63,197 nt of DNA, filler included, from Octopus bimaculoides (GCF_001194135.2; 6 parts of 5 records of this genome joined end to end with filler, not necessarily neighbours in it), one strand, 5' to 3'. Shown: positions 47,881 through 60,946, numbered from the whole stretch's first letter. A program made the numbers and translations. The notes: generated by a model not told the origin, from the sequence alone.

Positions 47881-47885
<5 letters not shown>
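47653..47885 (+). mobile_element. SINE family A, young CpG-intact copy (best local consensus)
   Basis: aaggcggcgagctggcagaatcgtttgcacgccgggcgaaatgcttagcggtatttcg...gagttcaaattccgccgaggtcgactttgcctttcatcctttcgggg...gtcgatgtaatcgac...gccccttgtgggcaataatgaaa. Confidence 0.9.
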
Positions 47886-47918
<33 letters not shown>

Positions 47919-47934
47919 AGAGAGAGGGAGATGA

Positions 47935-48620
47935 TACCAGGAAAACCCAATGTTATGTAATGAATATAAGTGGCAGGCTGGAGCCTTAGATCCTTCAGGA
48001 CCAAGAACAGAGACACAATGCTTCTACTTTGGAGAACCTTTGTCCTCAGTCGTCTGGACTACTGCTCCTAACTGTGGTCACCATAGAGCGTAAAACTAGT
48101 TGCGGAACTAGAGTCGATCCAACGCCACTACACAAAGAAGACGGACTCAGTAAAACACATGGGCTACTGGGAGAGGTTAAAGGAACCGGGACTCTACTCC
48201 TTGGAGAGGAGGCGTGAGAGATATGCAGTGCTATACATAAGGAAAATAATGGAGGGTCTAGATCCAAATTTCGGAATTGAAATCTACAACAATCCCCGAA
48301 CTGGTCGGCATTGCACAGGACCAAAGGTCCCATCTTCTCCATCAAGGATACGAACCCAATATTGTAATAGCTTGAGATTCAAGGGACCACAACTTTTTAA
48401 TGCCCTACCACAGAACATTAGGGATCTGCGAGGTGCAGATATGGAAGTCTTCAATAAACGCCTAGACAGTTTTTTTATCTGCAATACCGGATGAAACCAC
48501 ATCGCGGCAGGAGGCACAAAAAAGGGCGGCAACGTCCAACTCGCTACTTCACCAGAAGCAATACTGGAAAAATCCCCGGATGCAGTAATGGCGGTGCATC
48601 AGCATGGCCTCAGCCTCTAG
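47935..48620 (+). mobile_element. CR1/L2-group LINE, RT C-terminus and 3' UTR
   Basis: LWRTFVLSRLDYCSQLWSP..ELESIQRHYTK..GYWERLKEPGLYSLERRRERY..NSLRFKGPQLFNALP..VFNKRLDSFF, the typical RLDYCSxxWxP, LESxQR and LxxLxLxSLExRR motifs. Confidence 0.88.
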
Positions 48621-49224
48621 CTGAAACTCGTAAAAGATAGAAGATAAGATATATATACACATATATACATGCATATGCACATATATAGATGTATGTATAT
48701 ATATATATATATATATATATNNNNNNNNNNNNNNNNNNNNNNNNNNNNNNNNNNNNNNNNNNNNNNNNNNNNNNNNNNNNNNNNNNNNNNNNNNNNNNNN
48801 NNNNNNNNNNNNNNNNNNNNNNNNNNNNNNNNNNNNNNNNNNNNNNNNNNNNNNNNNNNNNNNNNNNNNNNNNNNNNNNNNNNNNNNNNNNNNNNNNNNN
48901 NNNNNNNNNNNNNNNNNNNNNNNNNNNNNNNNNNNNNNNNNNNNNNNNNNNNNNNNNNNNNNNNNNNNNNNNNNNNTAAAATATTTATGTATTTCATCCA
49001 AATATTGTTGTTATTATTTCTATATTTACCCTACATTATATCGGTACAGCTCGGTGCAATCCCCAAAATCAGCATCACTAGACTGTGGCCGGCATAATTG
49101 AATAGGAGCTTTATTTGCATATTCAAAACGTTTTCCGTAAACAAATTTAAAAGATATATGCAGGTATGTATGAATATGTATAATTCACTATATATATAGT
49201 TCACTATTTATATATAGTTCACTA

Positions 49225-49635
49225 CCTGAACTAGAGAAATTCTTGGTATGGAAGCAGGGTCTAGAATCAAAGGGCCCTAGCAAAAGACAAAGTCTTAGTA
49301 AGTAGGAAGGCAAACAAATTACAAATCTCTTCAGGTAGATGGCCCTGCTCGATCTGTAGAAAAGGTGTAGGAAGAAACTTCATAAGATGCACCTGATGTA
49401 ATCTTTGGACACATAAAAGGTGCAGCAATATCAGAGGAAGGTTAATAGGGAAACTTGCTTTTGTATGTGGAAGATGTACAGGTACAATAAACGCTGAAAA
49501 TGTGCAGAAAATAGACTTGATCAACTGCTGGGGTGTGGAAGCTAGAGGTAGTAGATAGCTTCCGTTATCTAGGTGACTAAGTTAGTAGTGGAGTTGGATG
49601 CTCCAAGAGTGTAGTTGTGAGAATAAAATTAGGAA
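49225..49635 (+). mobile_element. RTE LINE RT fragment with embedded PHD-type finger
   Basis: WKQGLESKG/LAKDKVL...SGRWPCSICRKGVGRNFIRCT*CNLWTHKRCSNIRGRLIGKLAFVCGRC...DSFRYLGD*VSSG. Confidence 0.85.
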
Positions 49636-50674
49636 GGGCAAAGTTCATATATACATACATACATACATACATACACATACACACACGTATAGTTCCTGAG
49701 ATATATAGTAAAATCTAGGAAAACGTTAAGTTGCTTGTATGATAGAGCCAATCTCGTGTTGTGCATGTGTGTGTATTTCTTTTTTGTTTGCTTGTGTGTA
49801 TGTGTGTGTGTGTGCATGTGTGTACGTGTGTCTATCTGTGTGTGCATGTGTGTGCGTGTGTGTGTGTGTGCACGTGTGTGTGTGCACGTGTGTGTGCGTA
49901 TGTGTGCATTTGTGAGGTTCTTCTGTTGTTTCTTATTTTAAGATTCTCTTTCGTCTGCCGTTTAGAATAGTAGTTCTTTCATTGAGAATATTAAAATACT
50001 AAAATATGTTTACTTTTCAGTGGATTTTTATCCGTGTTACTTTACAACATAAAAACCAGGAAATTTGATACCATTATTCTTTTTCTTTCTTCTGTTTTGG
50101 TTCCATACTCGCGTTCTACGACTTCAAATGGCTGCTATATATTGTAAAATCCTTTGTCGATGATGTGTTAGAGCTTTTATAAACAAAATGTTTCTGTATT
50201 TTTTTATCAGCAATAATTTCTGTAAGATTAGGCATATGAACCCTGCATTTTATAATGACTTATAGCGTTAAGTATTGCATATATCTCGCGAACATAGCGC
50301 TCTGTCTTACTTTCAACTGTGTATTAACCGTCTCAGAGGAGAGAGTATATTTGTGAATGATGTTTATATGATATGCATTTACAGTCATAATTTTGCACCC
50401 CGGATCTGGAAATATAATATATATAAGCAGTGAGTTGTGTCACAGTAGTTGGTAGTTGTTGGCATAAGTTAGTTGCGTGTTATTTATATGTAAGATCAAC
50501 AAATATTGACACATTTTTGTCCATTTTCAAGAGTATCATAAAATTAATCCAATAATAAGGTTTTTAAATGTTTATAATTGAATACATTAAACATTTAAAT
50601 GCTTACAAATATAAATTCGCCTGAACTAACATTATTATTGTTTTCATCTTTTTACAATTATTTTCAAAATATCA

Positions 50675-50874
50675 TTCTTTACTTGTTTCAGTTGTTAGAC
50701 TGCGGCCAAGCTGGGGCACCGCCTTGAAGAACTTTTTAGTCGAATGAATCGCAACCGCAGTACTGATTGCTTTTTTAAAGCCTGGTACTTATTCTATTGG
50801 TCCCTTTTGCTGAGCCGCCGCTAATTTACAGGAATTAAACTGAACACCGGTTGTCAAGCTATGGTGAGGAACAT

Positions 50875-50880
<6 letters not shown>
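50675..50880 (-). mobile_element. SINE family B tail half
   Basis: ttcttttacttgtttcagttgttagactgcggccaagctggggcaccgcc...caccggttgtcaagc, followed by (CA)n. Confidence 0.8.
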
Positions 50881-50942
<62 letters not shown>

Positions 50943-50949
50943 GAATTCT

Positions 50950-51770
50950 GGTTGCCAGCAACAGGTAGAATCCCAGAAATTATTCCAGAAAAGTCCAAAG
51001 CAGACGAAATAAGAACAATTCCACTATTAAGTGATATTGTATGTAAAAGAATTCCAGAAATTTGCAATGACCAAATTGTGCAACATATTTATAGAATTAA
51101 AGGAAGTATTAGATTTGAGATTCAGTTGGATGAACCAACGAATATTTGAACGTGCCTCAACTATGGACATCTGTTTCGTATTTGTATAATAACTGTATCT
51201 GAGAGCCTACAATTCCATCAGTCATTAAATGAATTTACTAATTTACCCGTAATTGGCTCTGCATATTGTGCTATTTGTCATATGAACACAAACATTTGCA
51301 CTTTGAAAGGTAAACATTAAGCGTTTATGAACAAATAACCATGGAGATAAATAGTACAAAATGGAATGGCAAATTTATGATGTATTGATGATTTTTGTCT
51401 GTAAAAATAATTACATATGAATGGATAAGCAGTTCAGTAAATATTTTCTACCAAACATCGACAAATGAGTTGAAATTCCATTCATTGGAATAGGGAAAAA
51501 GTCTTTTTTTGAAGGTCCAATGAGAGTTTGCAGAGCTGCAATCCACTAAATGGTTTTTGGTTGAATGTAATATCAGAATTTCCAGTCTATCTAGATTAGC
51601 AACTATTTCCTTCTACATAATCATGTAAACCTGCATTTTTCTCGCCAGTGACAATAAAGGCAAAATACTGATCGTAGAAATTCCTTTATGAACATCACTG
51701 ATAAATATTAAGCCGCAAAGGGATATTTTGTGCTGAAACAAACAATACCCATTTCATTAAAGATATTCAT
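50950..51770 (+). pseudogene. hAT (Charlie/Buster, ZBED5/FAM200-like) transposase remnant
   Basis: KADEIRTIPLLSDIVCKRIPEICNDQIVQHIYRIKGSIRFEIQLDEPTNI matches IPLSxNTVxRRI...FALQLDESTD. Near the end, EFPV..QLFPST*SCKPAFFSPVTIKAKY and ...KQYPFH* match the hATC dimerisation motif LPFPSTYLCExxFS..IKTKYR and the terminal KQAHPSH*. Confidence 0.8.
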
Positions 51771-51880
51771 ATAGTATATTTTTGCTATTAGCAAAATTTT
51801 GTATGGTATTGTCTTGATTATTTTATATTTTCAGTGCTTTTGACTGTTACTATTAATTGTCTTTAATATAATGATATTAT

Positions 51881-52085
51881 TAAGGCGGTGTGCTGGCACA
51901 ATCGTTTGTACTACAGACAGAATGCTTAGCGGCATTTCGTCCATCTTTATGCCCTGAGTTCAAATTCCACTGAGGTCGACTTTACCTTTCATCTTTTCGT
52001 GGTCGATAAAATTAGAACACTGTGAACGATGTAATCGACCAACTCTCTTCCCCGAATTTGTTAGCCTTGTTCTAAAATTTGAGAC
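51881..52085 (+). mobile_element. SINE family A, CpG-retaining copy
   Basis: aaggcggtgtgctggcacaatcgtttg...gaggtcgactttacctttcatcttttcgtggtcgataaaa...acgatgtaatcgacc. Confidence 0.8.
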
Positions 52086-52670
52086 TAATGCAATCATATT
52101 ATTATTTATTTCATTAGCCATTGAAATTTATGGAACTGAAAGACAATCAGGAGACAATATTTTGTAAGGTGTTGTGTAAGTTATATGATTTTATTAGGTG
52201 TGAATGCATTGTATGTTTTGTGAGTTGGGTTTTAGCATAGGCAAATAATTGTACAGAAACTGTACTGCATGACTTGTGATGCTGATTGATAAGAGTCTTG
52301 GGTAATATCAGTGCTGTGCTATATAGCGTTAGTTTTTTAAACTATGTGTAAATTTGTATGATAGTGTTTAAATGTTTTTGTCTATGTTCATCTAGAGTAC
52401 AATAAGTATACCGATTATGAAGGATATTTTTTAATTCTCATACCCCACCTACATCTTACTTAATTACATTTCAAGGGCCTTGTACTTTGATAGTCTTTTT
52501 CGTTTTCTCTCAGTACAGTAGTCTGTCCCGCCCGATCCCTCTCTCTTTCTTTCGTTGTTTAGTTCTCTTTTTCTATTTCTTCTTTCCTTTTTCCTTCTTT
52601 TCATTAAGATATTATTTTTCAATTGTAAGTATTATTGATTGAAACAATAAAGCTAAAGTGAAAGTAACAA

Positions 52671-52779
<109 letters not shown>

Positions 52780-53279
52780 CAAAAAACAAGTCATTATTAT
52801 TTACACAAGCTAAAGGAAATAGATGCAGTTTCAATACAGGTTTTGCGAAATCTACTCCGAAGGAATTATTGAAAAAGATAAAAATAAATCGTTCCGTTTA
52901 ATATCATCAATGATTTCAGCTGCAATAAATATCTAAATCTCTTGATGTCAAAATTCCTGTCTAATGCCCACACCCTTGTTTGATCTCATTGAAAACAATT
53001 TCCTCACTAGCAGGTTCATTTACCTTTAAATGTACGGATGGTGCCTTTCTATTAACCTGATAATTCTGCAGAAAGCAATGATGTTCTTTGTTTGCCTCCT
53101 AGATATGAATATGTAAACCCAACACATACAATACCCATGACTTCCATCCCCTACTCACCATCAACCAACAATGAAGTGGACTTTTCTCACTGTAATCTTA
53201 ATACCTTAATAGATGAGTAACGAGCAGATTTTTTTTATAGGCTTTCAAGGTATTGTATGTTATTGTATTCTTTTGTTCT

Positions 53280-53725
53280 ATTACTTGTTCCATTTATTAG
53301 ACTGCGGCCGAGCTGGGGGTACGATCTTGAAAGGTTTATTTGATCATATCGATCCTAGTAATTATTTGTAAGACTAGTGCTATTGTATAGGACCCTTTTT
53401 GACGAACCGCTAAGTTACAGTAACGTAAACAAACCAACGCCAGTTGTCAAGCGGTCAGAAACAAATACAGACACGCTCACAAACACACACACACGCGCAC
53501 ATAGACACACACACACACACTCACGCGCGCCCGCGCGCGCGCGTGCATAGACACACATACACGACGGTCTATCACATAGTTTCCGTTTACCAAATCCATT
53601 CACAAGGTATTGGTGGACCCAGGGTTATAGTAGAAGACACAAGGTACAGTTAAGTGTTGTGCTGTCGGATAGAATCCGAAACCACGGAGTTTGGAAGTAA
53701 ACTTCTTAACCACAGAACTATTTCT
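53280..53725 (-). mobile_element. SINE family B, diverged CpG-retaining copy
   Basis: gactgcggccgagctgggg...gacgaaccgctaagttacagtaacgtaaac...gtttccgtttaccaaatccattcacaagg...tatagtagaagacac. Confidence 0.8.
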
Positions 53726-56700
53726 GCGACCCAATGTTATCAAGAAGAAAAAGAAGAAGAAAAAGACACCTTGATTAATTTCTTAGTCAGGCCACTAATC
53801 ATTCCACCACCGTCTTCTTTTAAAAAATTTAATGTTTTGACTTGTACTCGAAACTCCGAATAGCATGCTTTTTATACACGCACGGCACAATTCTGTAAAA
53901 TTTCCCCTCATTTCTGAGCAAAACTTTCTATAAAAAATATGATAAAAATCTATTTAACTTCTGCTTCATACAACAATAATGATATTTTCCCCCATTCTCC
54001 TGTAGGATGAGACATCAATATGGCAACGTTTAACAATATATAAACACAAATTTTGCCCTACGTTAAAAAAAGAGTGAGAAAAAATTTGAAGCACATCCTT
54101 TCCAAACACGAGCGGATCTCTGCTCCAAAAAATTCACACTCATTACAGATGTTAATAGTTCATCATCGGCGTTTTTAAAGAAATGTTACAATCTCAACAT
54201 TATAAAAACTGAAACGGAGAGAATAAATTTTTGTTTTCGAGCCTAGCAAATGAACAGACGAGCTTTTTGCAAAGTAAAAATATGTATTTCTGTACAACTG
54301 ACAAATTCTCATTTACTTAGATATATTTCCACAGTATATTTCTAGCTAATCGACGTACACCGTTATTTACTTTTTGTTTCTCCTATCGTTATAAATACAT
54401 AACTCATTGGAATTTGCTAATGCCATATCAATCTTACCGACTAAAACTTCTTTTCTGATTCTGCCATTATCATTGTTTCGTTCTTAGTCCGCATATTAAA
54501 CAGTATGCTTAAGTTCTTCTCTTTGGATTAGCCACACATACTAACCTATTATCAAACATCATTTCAAACAAAAGATTAACTGCATCAAAATTATGATTAA
54601 TGTTCAGGATGGCAGTATTTTGCCTCTGTTTTACTACTTAGTATTTACATGATAAAATATAGCTGCGGTCTCTGATTTAGCCGCCTATTTATTTGTTGCC
54701 CTGTTCATTTAAAGGCGGGTTGGTAACTGAATAGACGAAGTGTCAGAGTCATTGGCAGAACTTATTATTTAGTTCTGTTAACCCTATAAGTAACAGACTG
54801 GCAATAGACATTTTGTCTATCATAAGTATTGTTAAGACGAATGAATGAAAGTCGATTTAGAAAAATAAATATTTCTACAATAATAATGGAGTTATAAGGA
54901 AAATTGATTGAATATTTCCTTCTTAAACGTACAAATTTAGTTAAACGTGTAACTGATTGTGCAATATAATAATAATCGTTTTAAAGTATTTCTTGCTTTT
55001 AAAGAAATTACTTAGTGAAAAAAAAGAATAAGAGCCCTAATGTTATTTTATTGGAATGCCTAGAGATCTTCATCGGACACTTTCGGTCTTTGAGTCATTC
55101 TGTAACTTCTGCCATTTAATAAAAAAAAATATTTACTCGTTTTGAGTTTTATTTTCCTGTTTGTTTCACCAAATCCATTAATATTGAACTTAATTTTTAT
55201 TTTTTATTCATAATTATTTTTTAGTATAACCCATTCTTTGTTGCTCTTGCCATTCTGTTGGTTTATACTGAGTTGATTGCTGATTAACTCTCTAGTGTCA
55301 CGTGGTCAACCGTTTATGTTTTCTCTAATCGCCTTGTATTTGTTAGAAGCTGGCATGCTGCTATTGTGTAGCTACAGCTAACATTCGCTTCCGGATTGTT
55401 ATTTGCTTAAAGATGGGGTTTCTATTTGTGTTAGGGCGGATTCTGTTATTTCTAGTCAGACTCTGTCATTTTCTGAAGGACTGTGGATGTTGTTCTCTTA
55501 GGTTCTACTTCTCTAATTTCCATCATTTTCGATGAAATATGTGCCCATGACCATGTATGGTGCGCTAGGCTGGAGGTGCACATCAAGTCTGTTCTTAAAA
55601 TCGTACAAGCATCTCCAATTATTGATAATTAGATGATCACATGTAATTCAATTAAAACCCGTGTGTTATATTTATATATGGATACTGATTAGGTTGACAC
55701 ATGGAGCAAGATTATTTGCACATGAGGTGGTGCTGCAGCAAGGCCTTACTAGCCACAGCTAAAACAAATTAAATTACTTAAGAAAACATTTTTTCAGTCT
55801 AAACACAAACTTTGTGTGTTCAATGACACCTTCCTTTGTCAGCGAAACCTTAACTCAATCTACTAAACGAGTATTTATTTCCAGAAGCGGGCGTCTTATT
55901 CCTATGTAACTGTAGTTGTTGATACATTTTTGTTGTATGACGGTAGATCAAACTAATAGCGCTCATACATCATATTTTTGTCCATACACCCAAACCTATA
56001 CGCATATCATTATATCTGTCTGAATAAGAAACGTTTTGTTGCATTAAAGGCATTGATAAAAATAAAATTCAAGTGATCAAACAACGAGAAATGATGTTTT
56101 TTTTTTAAATAACAGATTTAACTAATATGCACTCATGTACATATTAGAACTCAAACTAGTATCCCATCTAGTATCACTCATGTACTCAAACTAGTATCCT
56201 CATCCTGGTTGTTAAAGTTACTAATTTTGGGCCGTTGTACATTCCAGTCGACATGTTGTGACTATAACCACGAGGATGAGGACACTTGTCCGAATATATC
56301 CAAATATAATAAGGATATTTCCCCTAATTCCTCATCTCAGAAATTCAGACAAGGAAGACTTAGTCACCTGAGTGCTTTTTCAATTGAGAGAAGATTAATT
56401 TATTATCATTGATATGAGTTATAAATTTGAAATAATTCGTAGTATGAGTGAATATAATGAAAGGGTAAAGCAAATAAGTATTCTTAAACACTTTAAGTGA
56501 CATTTTAGGTAAAATATAAGTATAGGAAATGTTGGATAATGTTATTTAACGCAGCAGACATGATATACAAATGAAAATAATTTATTAGATAGACGGATAG
56601 TTAAAGGGCTAGTATAACTACTTAAGTAATACGTGTGAATGTATTACGTTTTGAAAGAAAAAACATACGAAAAAGATATTCTGAGCGTAAACAAATGATG

Positions 56701-57479
56701 TAACAAACATAATTTATGTTGTTCTTGAAGATGGTCACAAATGCAACGGAAAGCTTGACATTTTTTAATGTAGGTATTTTAAGTAACAGTTTCCATTACA
56801 AGCTCACAGAGAAGTCAATAGATACGATATGCAGCCCCAAATGCGTACATGCATTCAACGTGAAACCGTGAAACTGGAAGCTGGTGCCAAATATATTAAT
56901 GTATTTCTTCTGGGTCAAGATACAGAATTTAGCCATTTTGGAATCAGCTCTAAAGCCTTTTCCCAAAGGAATATTCATAATGTATTTCTCTTTGAAGTAT
57001 CATTTATTAAAGTTCTGTGATTATTACAGAATTCAGATATATATAATCATCAAGGATTTTAAAATAACCGAGGTCAATGTTACCTGTGTTCTTTCAATAA
57101 TCTCAGCCTGTCTGTTATCCTTCTTTACTCTCCACCTTTCTTTCTCTCACTTCTTCCTCGTCTACCCCTTTCTCTTTTTTATATTAACATACATTGTGTG
57201 TGTGTGTCTGTATCCTCGTTGACAAGCCGCTGATATGCAAATTACGATATGTAAATTAGTATCACCACTTCTCTGTGGCTACTGGACTTATTGAGTATAC
57301 AAACAGATAAGCTGTTTGCATCTCTATTATTGGTCAAAGTAATGCAGACACCTTTGAGCAAAATCCAGTAAGGTTAGAAAATCTATTTAGGCTGTGCATC
57401 ATTTTTCCAATCTACAGAGAAATAGTTAAATTTCCCCTGTTTATATATCCACTATATATCCATTGATTTTATTCAGATC

Positions 57480-57870
57480 ACCCGGATCGGCCAGGCTGTC
57501 TGGTGCCGAGTTGGCTCCGCTGGCCACAGCATTCACTGCTGCCTCATGACCTCTTCAATCTTATCCTCCATGCTTCTCCTCACTTTGGTGAACTTGGTGC
57601 TATCATACCTATCCAAATAGATGAGGCGAAACCTGGGGTGGAAAGCAGCAGCCTGTTGGCATTCCTCATCGTCCAGAAGGGTCGCAAATCTTTTGTCGAT
57701 GCCTGCCAAAACTGCGTCGACGAAAAGACCAAAATAGCATTGACTAAGGGGTCAAGAAAGCGTCGACCAAGACGCCAAAACAGCGTCGACCAAAGAGCTG
57801 CTGCAAACGAGTTTGGGGCTAACGGACTTGAGTTAACGGAAGCTAAATGCAACGGAAGTTAATAAGTCTG
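57480..57870 (-). mobile_element. hAT (ZBED1/Ac-like) element end plus internal transposase fragment
   Basis: Minus frame 57721-57533 reads VDAVLAGIDKRFATLLDDEECQQAAAFHPRFRLIYLDRYDSTKFTKVRRSMEDKIEEVMRQQ*, resembling the hAT L..RF......A..LHPRF motif. Putative terminus CAGACTTATTAACTTCCGTT at 57870 with repeated ttccgtt subterminal motifs. Confidence 0.65.
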
Positions 57871-57937
57871 ATAATGATTTTCAAAGTTAATTTAAAAGTA
57901 AATTGTTAAGGAATATGTTAACGAACTTACGCCCAGC

Positions 57938-57976
<39 letters not shown>

Positions 57977-58605
57977 GTTTGTGTGTGTGTGTGTGTACAG
58001 AGTATATATACACACGCGTTCATGTATACATATACGTACGTACACGCACAAAACACACGCATGTGTGTGTGTGAGCGTGTGTATTTCTGGATATAAATAC
58101 ATGTGTGTGTGTGTGTGTGTGAGTGTGAGAGAGAGAGAGAGAGTAAGAGCGTGTGTGCGTGCGCGCGCCTGTCAACCGGCCGAATATTTGTTGAAACTCA
58201 GAATCTCACAATAGAGACGTATCACAGTGTCAACTCTCTTGGGATTCTGCAAATATCTTTTGTTTCTTTTCTAATGGATTTTACACCACGGGGCGTTCCA
58301 CAGAAGACTTCGCTAGCATAGCAGTTCAACCACAACCGTCACGGCACTATACGCAAAAAAAGACGAACGTTTAAAGACTCTTGCACATACATACACTCAT
58401 ACAAATACGCACACACACACATACACATACAAAGATGCTCGCGCACAAATATACACATGCACAGTTACACACACATACACCCACACACGTATATTCACAC
58501 ATACGCATCAACACATCGACACAGATACATAGATGAAAATAGAAGTCAAAGGAATAACTCTAAAAAAACCCCAAAATAATAGGAACACACACACACACGC
58601 ACACG

Positions 58606-58640
<35 letters not shown>

Positions 58641-58740
58641 NNNNNNNNNNNNNNNNNNNNNNNNNNNNNNNNNNNNNNNNNNNNTTAATTAATTAANNNN
58701 NNNNNNNNNNNNNNNNNNNNNNNNNNNNNNNNNNNNNNNN

Positions 58741-58772
<32 letters not shown>

Positions 58773-58869
58773 GTCATTGTACATGTAATAATATATAGGT
58801 ACATAGCTATACGTAGCTATACATATAAATATATATTTCTATGTAATATTGTGCATATAGAAATAATAA

Positions 58870-58917
58870 TACCAACAGGAACAGCAGCAGTACCAGTAGT
58901 AGTAGTAGTAGTAGTAA

Positions 58918-58954
<37 letters not shown>

Positions 58955-58985
58955 TGTAGTTGTAGTAGTAGTAGTAGTAGTAGCA
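58870..58985. repeat. (TAG/AGT)n microsatellite
   Basis: Long agtagtagt run with occasional variants. Confidence 0.9.
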
Positions 58986-59119
58986 ATTGCAGTAATACCA
59001 AAACCAGATGTAGTATAGTTTAATTAGTTGTACCAAAAGAATACCCAACTCCTAGGTTACAGAGTATATTTATGTCTCTACAAGATATTTCTCAATATGT
59101 ATATATATGTATATATAAC

Positions 59120-59166
<47 letters not shown>

Positions 59167-59681
59167 ACACACATACACACACACACANNNNNNNNNNNNN
59201 NNNNNNNNNNNNNNNNNNNNNNNNNNNNNNNNNNNNNNNNNNNNNNNNNNNNNNNNNNNNNNNNNNNNNNNNNNNNNNNNNNNNNNNNNNNNNNNNNNNN
59301 NNNNNNNNNNNNNNNNNNNNNNNNNNNNNNNNNNNNNNNNNNNNNNNNNNNNNNNNNNNNNNNNNNNNNNNNNNNNNNNNNNNNNNNNNNNNNNNNNNNN
59401 NNNNNNNNNNNNNNNNNNNNNNNNNNNNNNNNNNNNNNNNATATATTATTATTATCATATATTTAGGTATATTTGTGCATATACATACATTCATGTGTAT
59501 ATGGGAGTGTGTAGTCGGCATATAGCATATATTATGTGTATGTATGTATGTTTGTATGTATAGTGCATGTGTATATAGCTTGGCTACGCGTTGTGTCCTT
59601 GTATATATGTGCGTGTGTTAGTGTGTGTGTGCGTGTGTGTTTGTGTGTGTGCGTGTGTGTGTGTGTGTGTGTGTGCGTGTG

Positions 59682-59718
<37 letters not shown>

Positions 59719-60482
59719 ATACATAATTAAGGATAAAATCAATAAATGATCTCATCAATGGGCAATATGTAAAAAGACCATATAGGTAAACATTAATATA
59801 CGTATATAATTATATAGATATAATCATATTTAAAGGTACTGCTATACAGCACCTACCTCGCTAGAAATAGACTTCAAAGGACTCTAAAAAGCAACTTCAA
59901 ATTACACTCCATCAGCACAAGGCAGAAAGCGGGCAAATGAATAAACTGGATTTTGTAAAATTTTGCGGTTAATTTTGGATCGTCCAATTTCTGGTTTAGT
60001 AATACAAATTACTTTACCGTCATCAGTAGACTATACCAGAAGTACATGAATATAAATATATATACATACACATACAAATACATTCGTATTAATAGAAATA
60101 TATACATATGTCTATACTTATATACGATGTAAGTCCAATAATTCATTTCAACCACATGCGTATTTGATCAATATAATACCGCAGTAAATATCAGGACCGG
60201 AGTGAATAAATATATAAATATATATATATACACATATATATATATATGTATATGTATGTGTATAGAAAGATATATATACATATATGTACACATACATGTA
60301 TAAATACATACACGCTCGTACAGGTAACCTATAAGAGAGTTCAGGAAAGAGAAAGATTGACAGTTAAATAGCTGTAGATATGNNNNNNNNNNNNNNNNNN
60401 NNNNNNNNNNNNNNNNNNNNNNNNNNTTAATTAATTAANNNNNNNNNNNNNNNNNNNNNNNNNNNNNNNNNNNNNNNNNNNN

Positions 60483-60517
<35 letters not shown>

Positions 60518-60844
60518 TTATTTATATTTATATATATATATATGCATATATGCATACGTATATGTACATACTTACATCTATACTTATATATATATGCATA
60601 TGTGGGCACATGACATCATGAAACGTGTACAACAAAAAAATGCAAAGTACGAGTAGATGGAATATGAACTATTTTTTCGAACAACGAAAGACACAAGTCG
60701 AAAGCAAGACAAACAACATAAAGAATAGCCCTTCATCAGTTGTTGGCTGCTTTTCTAGTCTCGTATTTCAAGCATTTAACAACAATCTAAGCTTTCGATA
60801 AAACAGTTGCTCCCGCAAAGCAAATTAAATAAAATTTGGGATTT

Positions 60845-60914
60845 TGATGATGACTACGACGACGACGATGATGATGATGGTGATGATGGTGATGATGATG
60901 ATGATGATGACGAC

Positions 60915-60946
<32 letters not shown>

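Noticed and set aside
57503-57862. 119-aa plus ORF and 90-aa minus ORF in the track
   Set aside because: Off-frame or antisense readings of the hAT fragment, whose recognisable frame is 57721-57533 on the minus strand.
60690-60800. Hammerhead ribozyme near the Penelope-like remnant (minus strand has GAAA...CTGATGA)
   Set aside because: Penelope pLTRs can carry hammerheads, but here stems II and III and the NUH site could not be paired by eye. An Infernal search with RF00008/RF00163 would settle it.
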